From Actinomycetota bacterium (GTDB lineage Bacteria > Actinomycetota > Actinomycetes > Mycobacteriales > JACQDL01), in NCBI GenBank assembly GCA_016201065.1, contig JACQDL010000011.1, positions 13,772 through 77,771 of the forward strand: 64,000 nt of DNA, given 5' to 3'. Positions 43,032 to 55,917 of the stretch are shown piece by piece. The first letter of the stretch is position 1, and each line of letters starts with the position of its first letter. Both the position numbers and the translations under genes were made by a program. A model generated the notes under the pieces. That model saw nothing but the letters and a program-made list of their open reading frames with translations, did not search any database and had not been told where the DNA came from.

Positions 43032-43201
43032 GGCTTCTGCCTTCCCTTCGGGAAGGGCAGCAGCAGGGCGACCGCGAACACGGCGATCATCACGAGGATG
43101 ACCACGAAGTTCGCCAGGGAGATCTGGACGACCCCCCAGTGCAGGTAGTGCCCCGGTTGGTTCAGGTCAACCGGGGCCGAGAGAATGGTCACGGGCACCT
43201 T
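43028..43201 (-). CDS. Small single-TM protein (57 aa), first gene of cytochrome b-like operon
   Basis: A GTG at 43201 lies 6 nt after the SD ggaaaggaagg. The TM segment is ISLANFVVILVMIAVFAVALLL. The stop overlaps the cytochrome b start (ATGA). Confidence 0.4.
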   Translation of the reverse strand, partial: KVPVTILSAPVDLNQPGHYLHWGVVQISLANFVVILVMIAVFAVALLLPFPKGRQKP

Positions 43202-43473
43202 CCTTTCCGTGCCGGCCACTGCCGCCCGGATTGTCGGGCAGTCTGAGCCAGGGAACCGGCTGAGCAGCAGTGACGGTAGGGCATTACGGCCGTCCGGCGA
43301 CGGCCGTAGTCCCTGCCGGGAGGCGCCGCCGTGGGCCCCCGCCACGGCGGCGACCCGGCCGGCGAGCATCCAGGTTGGTGGAATTTGCAGTAATTATCGC
43401 CGTCCGGGCCGGTTGTCCGCCGACGATCACCCGATCGTGGCTCGTCAGGTTACCGAGGCGCTAGGTTGCACCC

Positions 43474-45264
43474 GTGTTCACTACCCGCCCGGAGCTGGCC
43501 GGCACGTTCGGCATGGTGGCCTCCACCCACTGGCTGGCCACGGCCGCCGGCATGGCGGTCCTGGAGGACGGCGGCAACGCCTTCGACGCCGCGGTCGCGG
43601 CGGGCTTCGTCCTGCAGGTGGTGGAGCCGCACCTCAACGGTCCGGGTGGCGAGGTGCCGGCGGTCTTCGTCACCGCCCAGGATCAGGCGCCGAAGGTGCT
43701 CTGCGGCCAGGGAACGGCACCGGCGGGAGCGACCTCCGCCCACTTCCGGGAGCTTGGGCTGGAGCTCGTTCCCGGGACCGGTTTCCTGCCCGCCACGGTG
43801 CCGGGCGCGTTCGGTGCCTGGCTGGCGCTGCTGCGAGATCACGGGACGAAGCGGCTGCGGGATGTGCTCCGCTTCGCCATCGACTACGCCGGGGCGGGGC
43901 ATCCGCTGTCGCCGAGCGCGGCGGCAGCCATCGCCTCGGTGGAGCCGATGTTCCGGGAGCACTGGCTGACGTCAGCGCCGGTGTGGTTGCCGTCGGGTCG
44001 CGTTCCGGAAGCCGGACGGTTGTTCCGGAACCCGGTGCTCGCCACGACCTACCGGCACATCCTCATCGAGGCCGAGTCGGCCGGCGCCGATCGCGAGACG
44101 CAGATCGAGGCCGCGCTCAGTTCCTGGTACGCGGGCTCGGTCGCCGCTGCGATCGAGAAGTTCTGCCAGCTTCCGGTGCTCGACGACTCCGGCCGCCGCC
44201 ATGCCGGCGTGCTCACCGGAGCGGATCTGGCCGGCTGGCGGGCGTCGTACGAGGAACCGGTCCGGCTGGACTTTCGAGGCTGGACGGTGTGCAAGGTCGG
44301 CGGGTGGAGCCAGGGGCCGACGCTGCTCGCCCAGCTCGGCATGCTCGATGCCCTGGGTGAGCTTCCGCCGCTCGGCAGCGCCGACCTCGTGCATCGGGTC
44401 GTCGAGGTGGCGAAGCTCGCGTTTGCCGACCGGGAGGCCTGGTACGGCGATGTCCCTGATGTCCCGCTCGCCGGGTTGCTGTCCCGGCAGTACGCGGCGC
44501 GGCGGGCCGGGCTGGTCGGCGACACGGCGTCCCTTGAGCTGCGTCCCGGCGCGCCGGCCGGGCGGGCGCCACGCCTGCCGGAGTACCTGCGCCGCGGCAT
44601 GGTGCCGGGCGGGCGGGCCGGGACGGCCGGTGCGCCCGGACTCGGCGAGCCGACGGTCTCGCCGCGGGGCACCACGCGGGGCGACACCTGCCACGTCGAC
44701 GTGGTGGACCGATGGGGCAACATGATCTCGGCGACACCGTCCGGGGGATGGTTGCAGAGTTCCCCGGTCGTGCCGGGACTCGGCTTCTGTCTGGGCACCC
44801 GGGCGCAGATGTTCTGGCTGGAGGAGGGGCTGCCGAACTCGCTGGCCCCCGGCAAGCGGCCACGGAGCACCCTGTCGCCGACGCTGGCGCTGCGGGGCGG
44901 TAGCCCGGTGCTCGCCTTCGGCACGCCCGGTGGAGACCAGCAGGACCAGTGGCAGCTCGGCTTCTTCCTCAACCATGCCGTGTTCGGGCTGAACCTGCAG
45001 GCCGCGATCGACGCGCCGACCTGGCACACCACCGCGTTCCCGTCGTCGTTCTGTCCGCGCCGGACGGCGCTCGGCGAGGTCGTGGTCGAGGACCGGTTGG
45101 GACCGCGGGTCATCGAGGATCTCGCCAAGCGAGGCCACCGGGTCGTCCGGTCCGGTCCGTGGTCGCTCGGCCGGCTCTCCGCGGTGAGCCGGGACCCGGA
45201 CAGTGGCCTGCTCCGCGCCGCGGCCAACCCCCGTGGCATGTTCGGCTACGCCGCCGGCCGCTGA
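43474..45264 (+). CDS. ggt: Gamma-glutamyltransferase family protein
   Basis: 596 aa. N-terminal GMVASTHWLATAAGMAVLEDGGNAFDAAVA and an autoprocessing-site-like RGDTCHVDVVDRWGNMIS. GGDQQDQ lies near the C-terminus. Confidence 0.85.
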   Translation: MFTTRPELAGTFGMVASTHWLATAAGMAVLEDGGNAFDAAVAAGFVLQVVEPHLNGPGGEVPAVFVTAQDQAPKVLCGQGTAPAGATSAHFRELGLELVPGTGFLPATVPGAFGAWLALLRDHGTKRLRDVLRFAIDYAGAGHPLSPSAAAAIASVEPMFREHWLTSAPVWLPSGRVPEAGRLFRNPVLATTYRHILIEAESAGADRETQIEAALSSWYAGSVAAAIEKFCQLPVLDDSGRRHAGVLTGADLAGWRASYEEPVRLDFRGWTVCKVGGWSQGPTLLAQLGMLDALGELPPLGSADLVHRVVEVAKLAFADREAWYGDVPDVPLAGLLSRQYAARRAGLVGDTASLELRPGAPAGRAPRLPEYLRRGMVPGGRAGTAGAPGLGEPTVSPRGTTRGDTCHVDVVDRWGNMISATPSGGWLQSSPVVPGLGFCLGTRAQMFWLEEGLPNSLAPGKRPRSTLSPTLALRGGSPVLAFGTPGGDQQDQWQLGFFLNHAVFGLNLQAAIDAPTWHTTAFPSSFCPRRTALGEVVVEDRLGPRVIEDLAKRGHRVVRSGPWSLGRLSAVSRDPDSGLLRAAANPRGMFGYAAGR

Positions 45265-45295
45265 AGGTCGGGCCGGCTCGCTCGGGTCGACCGGG

Positions 45296-48365
<3,070 letters not shown>

Positions 48366-48450
48366 GGCCCGACCTTACAAGTACGTGACGGCCAATCCGG
48401 ACGTTGCCGTGGTGGCGTCATCGGGTGTGCGGAGGTCCTACCCTGGCGGG

Positions 48451-49098
48451 ATGTTCTCCGCACGTTCCATGCCGGTGATGCCCGCCCGCGAGTCGGCCCT
48501 ACCGGGCCGGTCGACCCCGTTGACCGCGTCGACCTCCCACCTCGTCAGCGGCAACCGGACCGTGCCGCCGTTCCCATCGGGACTGGCCACGGCGGTGTTC
48601 GGGCTGGGCTGCTTCTGGGGTGCGGAGCGCGCCTTCTGGCAGCTGCCCGGCGTCCACTCCACGGCGGTCGGGTACGCCGGCGGCTACACCCCGAACCCGA
48701 CGTACGAGGAGGTCTGCTCGGGGCGGACCGGGCACGCCGAGGTGGTCCTCGTGGTCTTCGACCCCGAGGTCGTCAGCTACGAGGTGCTGCTGTCGGCATT
48801 CTGGGAGAATCACGACCCGACGCAGGGCATGCGGCAGGGCAACGATGTCGGGACCCAGTACCGGTCGGCGATCTACCACGCCGACGAGGCACAGCACGCG
48901 GCCGCCGTCCGCAGCCGGGACGGCTATGCGGCGCGGCTGGCCGACGCCGGGTACGGCGCCGTCACCACCGAGATCGCGGCGGCCGGGCCGTTCTACTACG
49001 CCGAGGACTACCACCAGCAGTACCTGGCCCGGAACGTCGACGGCTACTGCGGCCTCGGTGGTACGGGTGTGTCCTGCCCGGTCGGCCTCGGCGTCTGA
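48451..49098 (+). CDS. msrA: Peptide-methionine (S)-S-oxide reductase
   Basis: GLGCFWGAE active site, [26 protein letters not shown] and YHQQYL. Start at ATG 48451 inside ORF 48187..49098. Confidence 0.95.
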   Translation: MFSARSMPVMPARESALPGRSTPLTASTSHLVSGNRTVPPFPSGLATAVFGLGCFWGAERAFWQLPGVHSTAVGYAGGYTPNPTYEEVCSGRTGHAEVVLVVFDPEVVSYEVLLSAFWENHDPTQGMRQGNDVGTQYRSAIYHADEAQHAAAVRSRDGYAARLADAGYGAVTTEIAAAGPFYYAEDYHQQYLARNVDGYCGLGGTGVSCPVGLGV

Positions 49099-49102
49099 GC
49101 GG

Positions 49103-49130
49103 ACGAGCGCCCAGCGCTGCGGGCGCTCGT
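49103..49130 (+). terminator. Hairpin terminator after msrA
   Basis: Perfect 10-bp stem ACGAGCGCCC / GGGCGCTCGT with an 8-nt loop, starting 5 nt after the msrA stop. No U-tract. Confidence 0.5.
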
Positions 49131-49363
49131 GGGCGAGGAGTGGGTAGAGCAGGCCGTCCCGCCAGGCGCCATTCGTGAACACGTGGTCGCGTGCCGTTCG
49201 GAGACACCTCAGGTCGGGGGACGGCGGGCCGATGACTCCGTTGCGGGCGTGGGCCGCAGGTTGCGTGCCACCTGGACAGGCGTGGGATGTGCACGCCTGG
49301 TGCCAGGTGCCGCGCGATGGATGGGCCCGTGGTCGCGTGCCGACCCGATCAGGAGGAAACATC

Positions 49364-49906
49364 GTGGGCGATGTGGCGACTACCGCGTTCGATCAGCTTG
49401 GGGTCCCGCTCGAACGGGACCTGTTCCTGCGCAGCCTCATCCGCGAGCTGGCCGGCACCCTTGAGGACGTCGTCGGGCTCGCCGAGGCGTCCGGCTTCAT
49501 CAGCGTCGTCGGGCAGCGCATCGGCGAGATCATCAACAACGACTACAAGGCGGCGCTCGACCAGTCCACGCTGAGCCGCGAGCAGGTGTCGGCGGCGCTG
49601 GTGGACCTCAAGGCGCGGATCCAGGGTGACTTCTACGTCGTTCACGAGGACGAGGACAAGATCGTCTACGGCAACCGGGTCTGCCCGTTCGCCGAGAAGG
49701 TGTTGGACCGGACCTCGATGTGCATGATGACGTCCAACGTCTTCGGCACGATCGCGGCTGACAACCTCGGCTACGCCAAGGTCGAGCTCCAGCAGACGAT
49801 CGCCGCTGGCGACGCCGGCTGCCGGGTCGTCGTCCACCTCACGCAGACCGCCGAGGCGGAGCTTGCCGAGGGGCGCGAATACTTCGGGAGCATCACGCCA
49901 GCATGA
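49364..49906 (+). CDS. Methanogen-output-domain-1-like signalling protein
   Basis: A GTG at 49364 follows the SD aggagga. [19 protein letters not shown]...[37 protein letters not shown]... matches the pattern I recall for this domain. The stop overlaps the downstream kinase ATG (ATGA). Confidence 0.55.
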   Translation: MGDVATTAFDQLGVPLERDLFLRSLIRELAGTLEDVVGLAEASGFISVVGQRIGEIINNDYKAALDQSTLSREQVSAALVDLKARIQGDFYVVHEDEDKIVYGNRVCPFAEKVLDRTSMCMMTSNVFGTIAADNLGYAKVELQQTIAAGDAGCRVVVHLTQTAEAELAEGREYFGSITPA

Positions 49907-51630
49907 TCGACGCACTGCGCGCGGTGATCCGGACCCTCCCCGAGCCGGCGGTGGTTGTCTCAGGGGAGGGTGCGGTGCTCGTCGCGAATCCAGCGCTGGC
50001 CAAGCTGCTCGACCGGCCAGCTGCGGAGCTGGAGTCCACGCAGTTCGGCGGCTACGTCGATGCCGAGCCCGCCCGGTTCGCCGGGTACCTCCGGGCCTGC
50101 GTGCGCAGCAGTGACCCGACGCCCGGCCGGCTGCTGGTACGCACCCGCGACGGACAGGTCGTGGACCTGCGGTGCACCGGTGCGGCGGTGCGGGGACGGG
50201 CGGCCGCTGGCCCGCCCGCGGTGCTGATCCGGCTGGAGCCGGCCGAGCAGGCCGGCTCCGTCTTCGCCGAGCTCAACACGCGGATGACCGAGCTGGCCGC
50301 GGGCTACACCGCTCTCGAGGCCGAGAAGCTGCAGCTCGAGTTCCGGGTCGCGAGCCGAACGGCGGCGCTTCGGGCGCGGACCACGCAGCTGGAGGAGAGC
50401 GAGGCCCGCACCCGAGCGATTGTCGAGGCCGCAGCCGACGGCATCGTCACGCTCAGTGACGAGGGCCTGGTCGAATCGTTCAACGGGGCAGCGGCCCGGA
50501 TGTTCGGATACCCGTCGCATGACGCGGTCGGCATGCCCATCTCGACCCTCTTCCCGGCCCTCCACACCCCAGCACGGTCGGACCGGCAGTTCGGCGACCG
50601 CTTCGGTCGGGACGGCCGCGGTGATGACTACCGCGAGCTCGCCGCCCAGCGGCGGGACGGCGAGAACTTCCCGGTGGAGCTGGCGCTGTCCGAGGTCAAA
50701 CTCGCCGATCGGGTGATCTACAGCGGAATCATCCGGGACATCACGGCCCGGCGCCTCGCGGCCCAGCAGGTCGACGCCCTGACCAAGCAGCTCATGGACG
50801 CCTCGCGGCGGGCCGGGATGGCCGAGATCGCGACCGGCGTCCTGCACAACGTCGGCAACGTGCTCAACAGTGTCAACGTCTCAACCGGCGTGCTCACCGA
50901 CGGTATTCGCAAGTCGAAGGTCTCGTCGCTGGCAAAGGTCGTCGAGCTCCTTGACACGCACGCGGACGAGATCGGGACATTCCTCACCGAGGACGACGCC
51001 GGTCGGCGGATCCCCAGCTACCTCGCGGACCTGGCGAAACATCTGGAGGCGGAGAAGGCGCGCCTGCTCGGCGAGCTTCAGTCACTCACCGCGAGCGTCG
51101 ATCACATCAAGGCGATCGTCACGCTCCAGCATTCCTACGTCGGCACGATGGGGGTCAGCGAGCTGATCTCGGTCCAGGCGGTCATGGACGACGCGCTGCG
51201 CATCAACTCGGCGGCACTCGACCGGCACGTGATCACGGTCGTCAAGGAATACGACGACCTGGCGCCGATCATGGTCGACAGGCATCGGCTGTTGCAGATA
51301 CTCGTCAACCTGGTGCGGAACGCGAAGCACGCGATAGCGGATCACGAGATGGACCCGCGAGTGCTCACCCTGTCCGTCGCCAAGGGTGAGCAGGCGACCA
51401 TCCGGATCGCGGTCGCCGACACGGGTGTGGGCATCCCCGCGGACATCATGGACAAGATCTTCGCGCACGGTTTCACGACCCGACCGGATGGGCACGGCTT
51501 CGGCCTGCACCACAGCGCGAACGCCGCGACCGAGATGGCCGGATCGCTCACCGCGCACAGCGACGGGCTCGGCACCGGAGCGACCTTCACCCTGGTCCTC
51601 CCGGCGACCACGGACGAGGCCGGGTCGTGA
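49903..51630 (+). CDS. PAS-domain sensor histidine kinase
   Basis: Two PAS-like regions, an H-box [18 protein letters not shown], and an HATPase N-box [11 protein letters not shown] with G-boxes DTGVGI and GHGFGLH. Confidence 0.85.
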   Translation: MIDALRAVIRTLPEPAVVVSGEGAVLVANPALAKLLDRPAAELESTQFGGYVDAEPARFAGYLRACVRSSDPTPGRLLVRTRDGQVVDLRCTGAAVRGRAAAGPPAVLIRLEPAEQAGSVFAELNTRMTELAAGYTALEAEKLQLEFRVASRTAALRARTTQLEESEARTRAIVEAAADGIVTLSDEGLVESFNGAAARMFGYPSHDAVGMPISTLFPALHTPARSDRQFGDRFGRDGRGDDYRELAAQRRDGENFPVELALSEVKLADRVIYSGIIRDITARRLAAQQVDALTKQLMDASRRAGMAEIATGVLHNVGNVLNSVNVSTGVLTDGIRKSKVSSLAKVVELLDTHADEIGTFLTEDDAGRRIPSYLADLAKHLEAEKARLLGELQSLTASVDHIKAIVTLQHSYVGTMGVSELISVQAVMDDALRINSAALDRHVITVVKEYDDLAPIMVDRHRLLQILVNLVRNAKHAIADHEMDPRVLTLSVAKGEQATIRIAVADTGVGIPADIMDKIFAHGFTTRPDGHGFGLHHSANAATEMAGSLTAHSDGLGTGATFTLVLPATTDEAGS

Positions 51631-53060
51631 TCGGCGGGGATCGGTACGAGACCAGGCGGGTCCTCGTCATCGACGACAACGAGGCGATCCACCAGGATTT
51701 CGCGAAGATTCTGGGCGGCAGTTCCGGGCCGGACGGCGGTCTCGCCGAGGTCGAGGCCGCGCTGTTCGGCGACGAGCCGACCATGAAACCGCTCGGTACC
51801 TTCGAGATGGACTCGGCCTTCCAGGGGCGTGACGGGTTCCGGATGGCTCGGGTGGCCCGCGAGGAAGGGCGACCCTACGCGCTGGCCTTCGTCGATGTTC
51901 GGATGCCGCCGGGATGGGACGGGATCACGACCATCGAGCATCTCTGGAGCGAGGATCCGACGCTCCAGGTGGTGATCTGCACCGCCTACTCCGACTACGG
52001 CTGGGATGAGACGCTCCAGCGCCTCGGGAGCCCGCAGAACCTGCTGATCCTCAAGAAACCGTTCGACAGCGCTGAGGCGCTCCAGCTCGCGTACGCGTTG
52101 AGCGAGAAGTGGCGGCTGGAGCTGCTCATCCAGAAGAAGATCGACGAGTTGGACCGTGCGGTGGCCAGCCAGGCCGAGAAGCTCAGCGAGCAGCGTCGTG
52201 AGCTTCAGACCGCGCATTCCCAGCTACTCCAGTCCCAGAAGCTCGAGGCGATCGGGCAGCTGGCGGCGGGCATAGCGCACGAGATCAACACGCCGGTCCA
52301 GTTCGTCGCCGACAACCTGCTCTTCCTGCAGGACGCGTTCGGCGGGTTGACCAATCTCATCACGGCTCACCAGCGGTTGCTGGGCGCCAGCCGTGCGGGG
52401 CCGGCGCCGGCCGAGGCGCTCGCCGACGTCGACTCGGTTGTCGCCGGGATGGATCTCGAGTTCTTGATGAGCGAGGCGCCGCAGGCGATCGAGCAGGCAG
52501 GCGACGGTGTGCAGCGCATCTCCAAGATCGTCAGATCGCTGAAGAACTTCTCCCATCCAGGGGGCGAGGCATTGCGACTGTCGGACCTGAACGAGGCGAT
52601 CGAGAGCACCATCACGGTCGCCGGCAGCGAGTGGAAGTACGTCGCTGAGGTGGTCGCCCGCTACGACCCGAACCTTCCACTCGTGTCCTGCGTGCTGGGG
52701 GAGTTCAACCAGGTGATCCTCAACATGGTGGTGAATGCCGCGCACGCGATCAAGGACGTCGTCGGAGACAGCGGCGAGAAGGGAACCATCACGGTCACCA
52801 CCCGGGCGGACGGCCAGTGGGTGGAGATCACGATCCAGGACACCGGCGCCGGGATCCCCCCGGACGTTCGGGCGAAGATCTTCGACCCCTTCTTCACCAC
52901 CAAGGAGGTTGGTCGGGGGACCGGGCAGGGGTTGGCCATCGCGCACTCGGTGGTGGTGAGCAGCCACCACGGCAAGATCGATGTGGAGAGCGAGGTCGGT
53001 CACGGCACGGTGTTCACGATCCGGTTGCCGATCGAGCAGGACTCCGCACTCGCCGGGTAG
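51627..53060 (+). CDS. Hybrid response regulator / histidine kinase
   Basis: N-terminal receiver (RVLVIDDNEAIH...AFVDVRMPPGWDG...LKKPF). H-box LAAGIAHEINTP. HATPase NAAHAI, DTGAGIP and GTGQGLAI. The GTG start overlaps the upstream stop (GTGA). Confidence 0.85.
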   Translation: MIGGDRYETRRVLVIDDNEAIHQDFAKILGGSSGPDGGLAEVEAALFGDEPTMKPLGTFEMDSAFQGRDGFRMARVAREEGRPYALAFVDVRMPPGWDGITTIEHLWSEDPTLQVVICTAYSDYGWDETLQRLGSPQNLLILKKPFDSAEALQLAYALSEKWRLELLIQKKIDELDRAVASQAEKLSEQRRELQTAHSQLLQSQKLEAIGQLAAGIAHEINTPVQFVADNLLFLQDAFGGLTNLITAHQRLLGASRAGPAPAEALADVDSVVAGMDLEFLMSEAPQAIEQAGDGVQRISKIVRSLKNFSHPGGEALRLSDLNEAIESTITVAGSEWKYVAEVVARYDPNLPLVSCVLGEFNQVILNMVVNAAHAIKDVVGDSGEKGTITVTTRADGQWVEITIQDTGAGIPPDVRAKIFDPFFTTKEVGRGTGQGLAIAHSVVVSSHHGKIDVESEVGHGTVFTIRLPIEQDSALAG

Positions 53061-53069
53061 CGGGCCCCG

Positions 53070-53594
53070 TCACCCCGCGGAGACGTCGTCGATGTGGTGG
53101 ATCACGTCGTGGACGAGGTAGCGGGCCAGCGTGTCGATGGTGAACCGGGCGCCGTCGCTACGGCCACCGGTGCGTTGCCACTGCTCGCCGGTGACCCCAT
53201 CGAAGGTCGCGGCGATCTGCTCGGCGGCCTCCGCGAGCTGCGCGGCGACCTCGGCCGGGTCCTGATCGGTGTAGTGCTCCGCCACAGCGGTCGCGTCCTG
53301 GTCCCAGTTGGGGAACTCCGGGTCGTCCTCGACGAGCATCAGCCGGAGGCGCTCGTCGTACCGGCGGAACACGTCACGCACGTGGCAGCCGTACTCCAGC
53401 GGCGACCAGACGTCCGGTGCAGGTCGCTGGCGCACGTCACCCGAACCGGTCAGCACGGCACGCCAGTCGGTTGCGTTGGCGCGGATCATGGCGGGCACCG
53501 CCTGCCGGTCCAGCGCACGGGTGTCAAGGCCGCACTCCGCGCAGGGGCGGTCCAGCACCCAGGTCCAGTCCTTGGTGTCCGGGACGATGGTCAC
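53070..53594 (-). CDS. DinB-family protein
   Basis: 174 aa. WSPLEYGCHVRDV and a C-terminal LVHDVIHHIDDV, a His-rich four-helix DinB_2-like pattern. Confidence 0.7.
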   Translation of the reverse strand: MTIVPDTKDWTWVLDRPCAECGLDTRALDRQAVPAMIRANATDWRAVLTGSGDVRQRPAPDVWSPLEYGCHVRDVFRRYDERLRLMLVEDDPEFPNWDQDATAVAEHYTDQDPAEVAAQLAEAAEQIAATFDGVTGEQWQRTGGRSDGARFTIDTLARYLVHDVIHHIDDVSAG

Positions 53595-53679
53595 GCCCCA
53601 GAGGGTAGCGGCCGCGCTCGCGGTGGCGGCAGTGATCTCGGCGCCGTCGCCTGGGTTGCTGGAGCACTAGGGTGCCGGC

Positions 53680-55071
53680 GTGCGCCCTGATGCCCGTGCC
53701 GTTGAGGACGCCCCACCGGTCGGGGCGGTCTACCTGGTCGGCGACATCGGGTCGACGTACACCAAGCTGGTGGCCGTCGAGGCGGGTACCGGCCGGCTGC
53801 TGGCGACCGCTGCGCACCCGACGACCGTCGGCGGTGACGTGCTCGACGGCTACGACGCGGCCAGGACCGCGCTGCTGGACGCCATCGGCGGCCCGCCAGA
53901 GATCACCGAGATGGCCTGCTCCAGTGCGGGCGGTGGGCTCCGGCTCGCGGTGGTCGGCCAGGAGCGGCTGATCTCGGCCGAGGCCGGCCACCGGGTCGCC
54001 CTGTCGGCCGGTGCCCGCGTGGTCGCGGTGACGTCGGGTCGGCTCGATGCCGACCGGCTTCGCGAGCTGCGGGCCGCCAGTCCGGACGTGATCCTGCTGG
54101 TGGGCGGCACGGACGGCGGTGATGAGTTGGTGCTGCGGCACAACGCGGGTCGGCTGGCCGGCGCGCGGCTGGCTGGCGCGCGGCTGGCGGTTCCGCTCGT
54201 CGTGGCCGGCAACGTGGCGGCCCGCGATGACCTGGTCGCGATGCTCCGTGCCCGCGGTCGGCTGGCGTTGCCGACCGCGAACGTGCTCCCCGACATCGGC
54301 GTGCTGGACCCGCAGCCGGCCCGCGCGGTGATCCGGCAGGTCTTCCTCGACCACGTCATCGGTGGCAAGCGGTTGTCCCGCCAGCCGCGGTTCGGCGAGC
54401 TCGTCCGGGCCGTCACGCCGGACGCGGTGCTGGACGGCGTGACCCTGCTGGCCCGAACCGTGGCAGCCGCCGACGAGACCGCCGGCGACGTCCTCGTCGT
54501 CGACGTCGGCGGGGCGACCACCGACGTCTACTCGGCGGTCAACCACCCCGGCGAGGAGTTCGGACCCGCCCGGCAGGCCGTCGCGGAGCTACCGGACCGG
54601 CGCACCGTGGAGGCCGATCTCGGGGTGCGCTGGTCCGCGCCGGGTGTGCTCGACGCGGCGGCGGCCGGCGGGCTGGCCGTCGACGATCTGGCCGGACCCG
54701 CCGCGCGGCGGGCGGCCGATCCCGCGTTGCTGCCCCTCGATCCGGGCGAGGCGTCGGTTGACCTGCGGTTGGCGACCCTGGCCGCGACGATCGCGGTGCG
54801 CCGGCACCACCGTCAGGTCGCCGGCCACGGCCTGCACGGGGTGACCCATGTCGTGATCTCCGGTGGTGTGTTCCGGCACGCCCCGGCGGAGGCCCGGCAG
54901 GCGGCCCTGGCCAGCCTGCGGACCGACCCCGTGGTCGGGACGCTCCTCGGCTCCGCCGGGCAGGCGATCGACGGGCACTATGTCCTTGCTGCGGCCGGTT
55001 TGCTCGCCCGGGTCGATCCCCGAACCGGCGGTCGGCTGCTGCGGCGGTACCTGATCCGCCCCGGCCCATGA
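53680..55071 (+). CDS. GlmL/MutL-like (glutamate mutase accessory, ASKHA-fold) protein
   Basis: N-terminal phosphate-1-like VYLVGDIGSTYTKLVAV, and later VLVVDVGGATTDVYS, i.e. two actin-like ATPase motifs. The family assignment is from memory. Confidence 0.55.
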   Translation: MRPDARAVEDAPPVGAVYLVGDIGSTYTKLVAVEAGTGRLLATAAHPTTVGGDVLDGYDAARTALLDAIGGPPEITEMACSSAGGGLRLAVVGQERLISAEAGHRVALSAGARVVAVTSGRLDADRLRELRAASPDVILLVGGTDGGDELVLRHNAGRLAGARLAGARLAVPLVVAGNVAARDDLVAMLRARGRLALPTANVLPDIGVLDPQPARAVIRQVFLDHVIGGKRLSRQPRFGELVRAVTPDAVLDGVTLLARTVAAADETAGDVLVVDVGGATTDVYSAVNHPGEEFGPARQAVAELPDRRTVEADLGVRWSAPGVLDAAAAGGLAVDDLAGPAARRAADPALLPLDPGEASVDLRLATLAATIAVRRHHRQVAGHGLHGVTHVVISGGVFRHAPAEARQAALASLRTDPVVGTLLGSAGQAIDGHYVLAAAGLLARVDPRTGGRLLRRYLIRPGP

Positions 55072-55075
55072 CACC

Positions 55076-55420
55076 ATGCGTGGCATGCAGCAGGTCCCAC
55101 ACATCCCGTACGTCGAGGTCCCCGCCGTCCCCGGTGACGCGCTCCTGCTTGACGTCCGCGAGCCCGACGAATGGTCCGCCGGACGGGTCAAGGATTCACT
55201 GCATGTCCCGATGGGGCAGGTCCCGGCCCGGCTCGCGGACATCCCGGCGGACCGTCGGATCGTGGTCGTGTGCCGCAGCGGCGGCCGGTCGGCCCGGGTC
55301 ACCGAGTTCCTCCGCCAGCACGGATACGACGCGGTCAACCTGAACGGGGGTCTGCAGGCCTGGGATCGGGCCGGCCGCAGCCTGGTGAGCGACAACGCCG
55401 GGGTTGGTCAGCTCCGCTGA
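55076..55420 (+). CDS. Rhodanese-like domain protein
   Basis: LLDVREPDEWSAGRV and the active-site loop VVVCRSGGRSARV, then NLNGGLQAW. Confidence 0.85.
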   Translation: MRGMQQVPHIPYVEVPAVPGDALLLDVREPDEWSAGRVKDSLHVPMGQVPARLADIPADRRIVVVCRSGGRSARVTEFLRQHGYDAVNLNGGLQAWDRAGRSLVSDNAGVGQLR

Positions 55421-55917
55421 TCCGGCCGGGTCAGCCGTAGCGAGCCGGACTCGTGATCGAGAAGCCAGCGTTTCACCGGGAGGCCGTAGGCGTATCCGCC
55501 GAGGCTACTGTCGGTCCTGACCACCCGGTGGCACGGCACGACCGGCGCGATGACGTTGCGCGCGCAGGCCTGTCCGGCGGCCCGCACCGCCCTCGGTGAG
55601 CCGGCCCGCGCGGCCAGGTCGGCGTAGCTGATCGGGTGTCCCGGTGGCACCGTGCGCAGCACCTTCCACGCCTGCTGCATGAACGGGCCGCCCGGCTGCT
55701 CGACCGGCAGCTCGTCCAGCGCCGTCAGGTCACCGGCGAGGTAGGCGCGCACCGCCTGGGTGATGGCGCCGAGGTCGCTCCGCTGCCGCACGGCTGGCGT
55801 GCCGAGCCGGGCGAGCAGTCCCGCGGCGGACCCGAAGCCGGCGCCACGCAGCGCCCCGGCGTCGTCGGCGACCAGGGTTAGCGGCCCGGTCGGGGTGTCG
55901 ACGGTGGACAGGTGCAT
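55408..55917 (-). CDS. ogt: Methylated-DNA--protein-cysteine methyltransferase
   Basis: The active site VVPCHRVV lies in the last 170 codons of ORF 55408..57171. Start at MHLSTVDTPTG (ATG 55917). Confidence 0.9.
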   Translation of the reverse strand: MHLSTVDTPTGPLTLVADDAGALRGAGFGSAAGLLARLGTPAVRQRSDLGAITQAVRAYLAGDLTALDELPVEQPGGPFMQQAWKVLRTVPPGHPISYADLAARAGSPRAVRAAGQACARNVIAPVVPCHRVVRTDSSLGGYAYGLPVKRWLLDHESGSLRLTRPDQRS

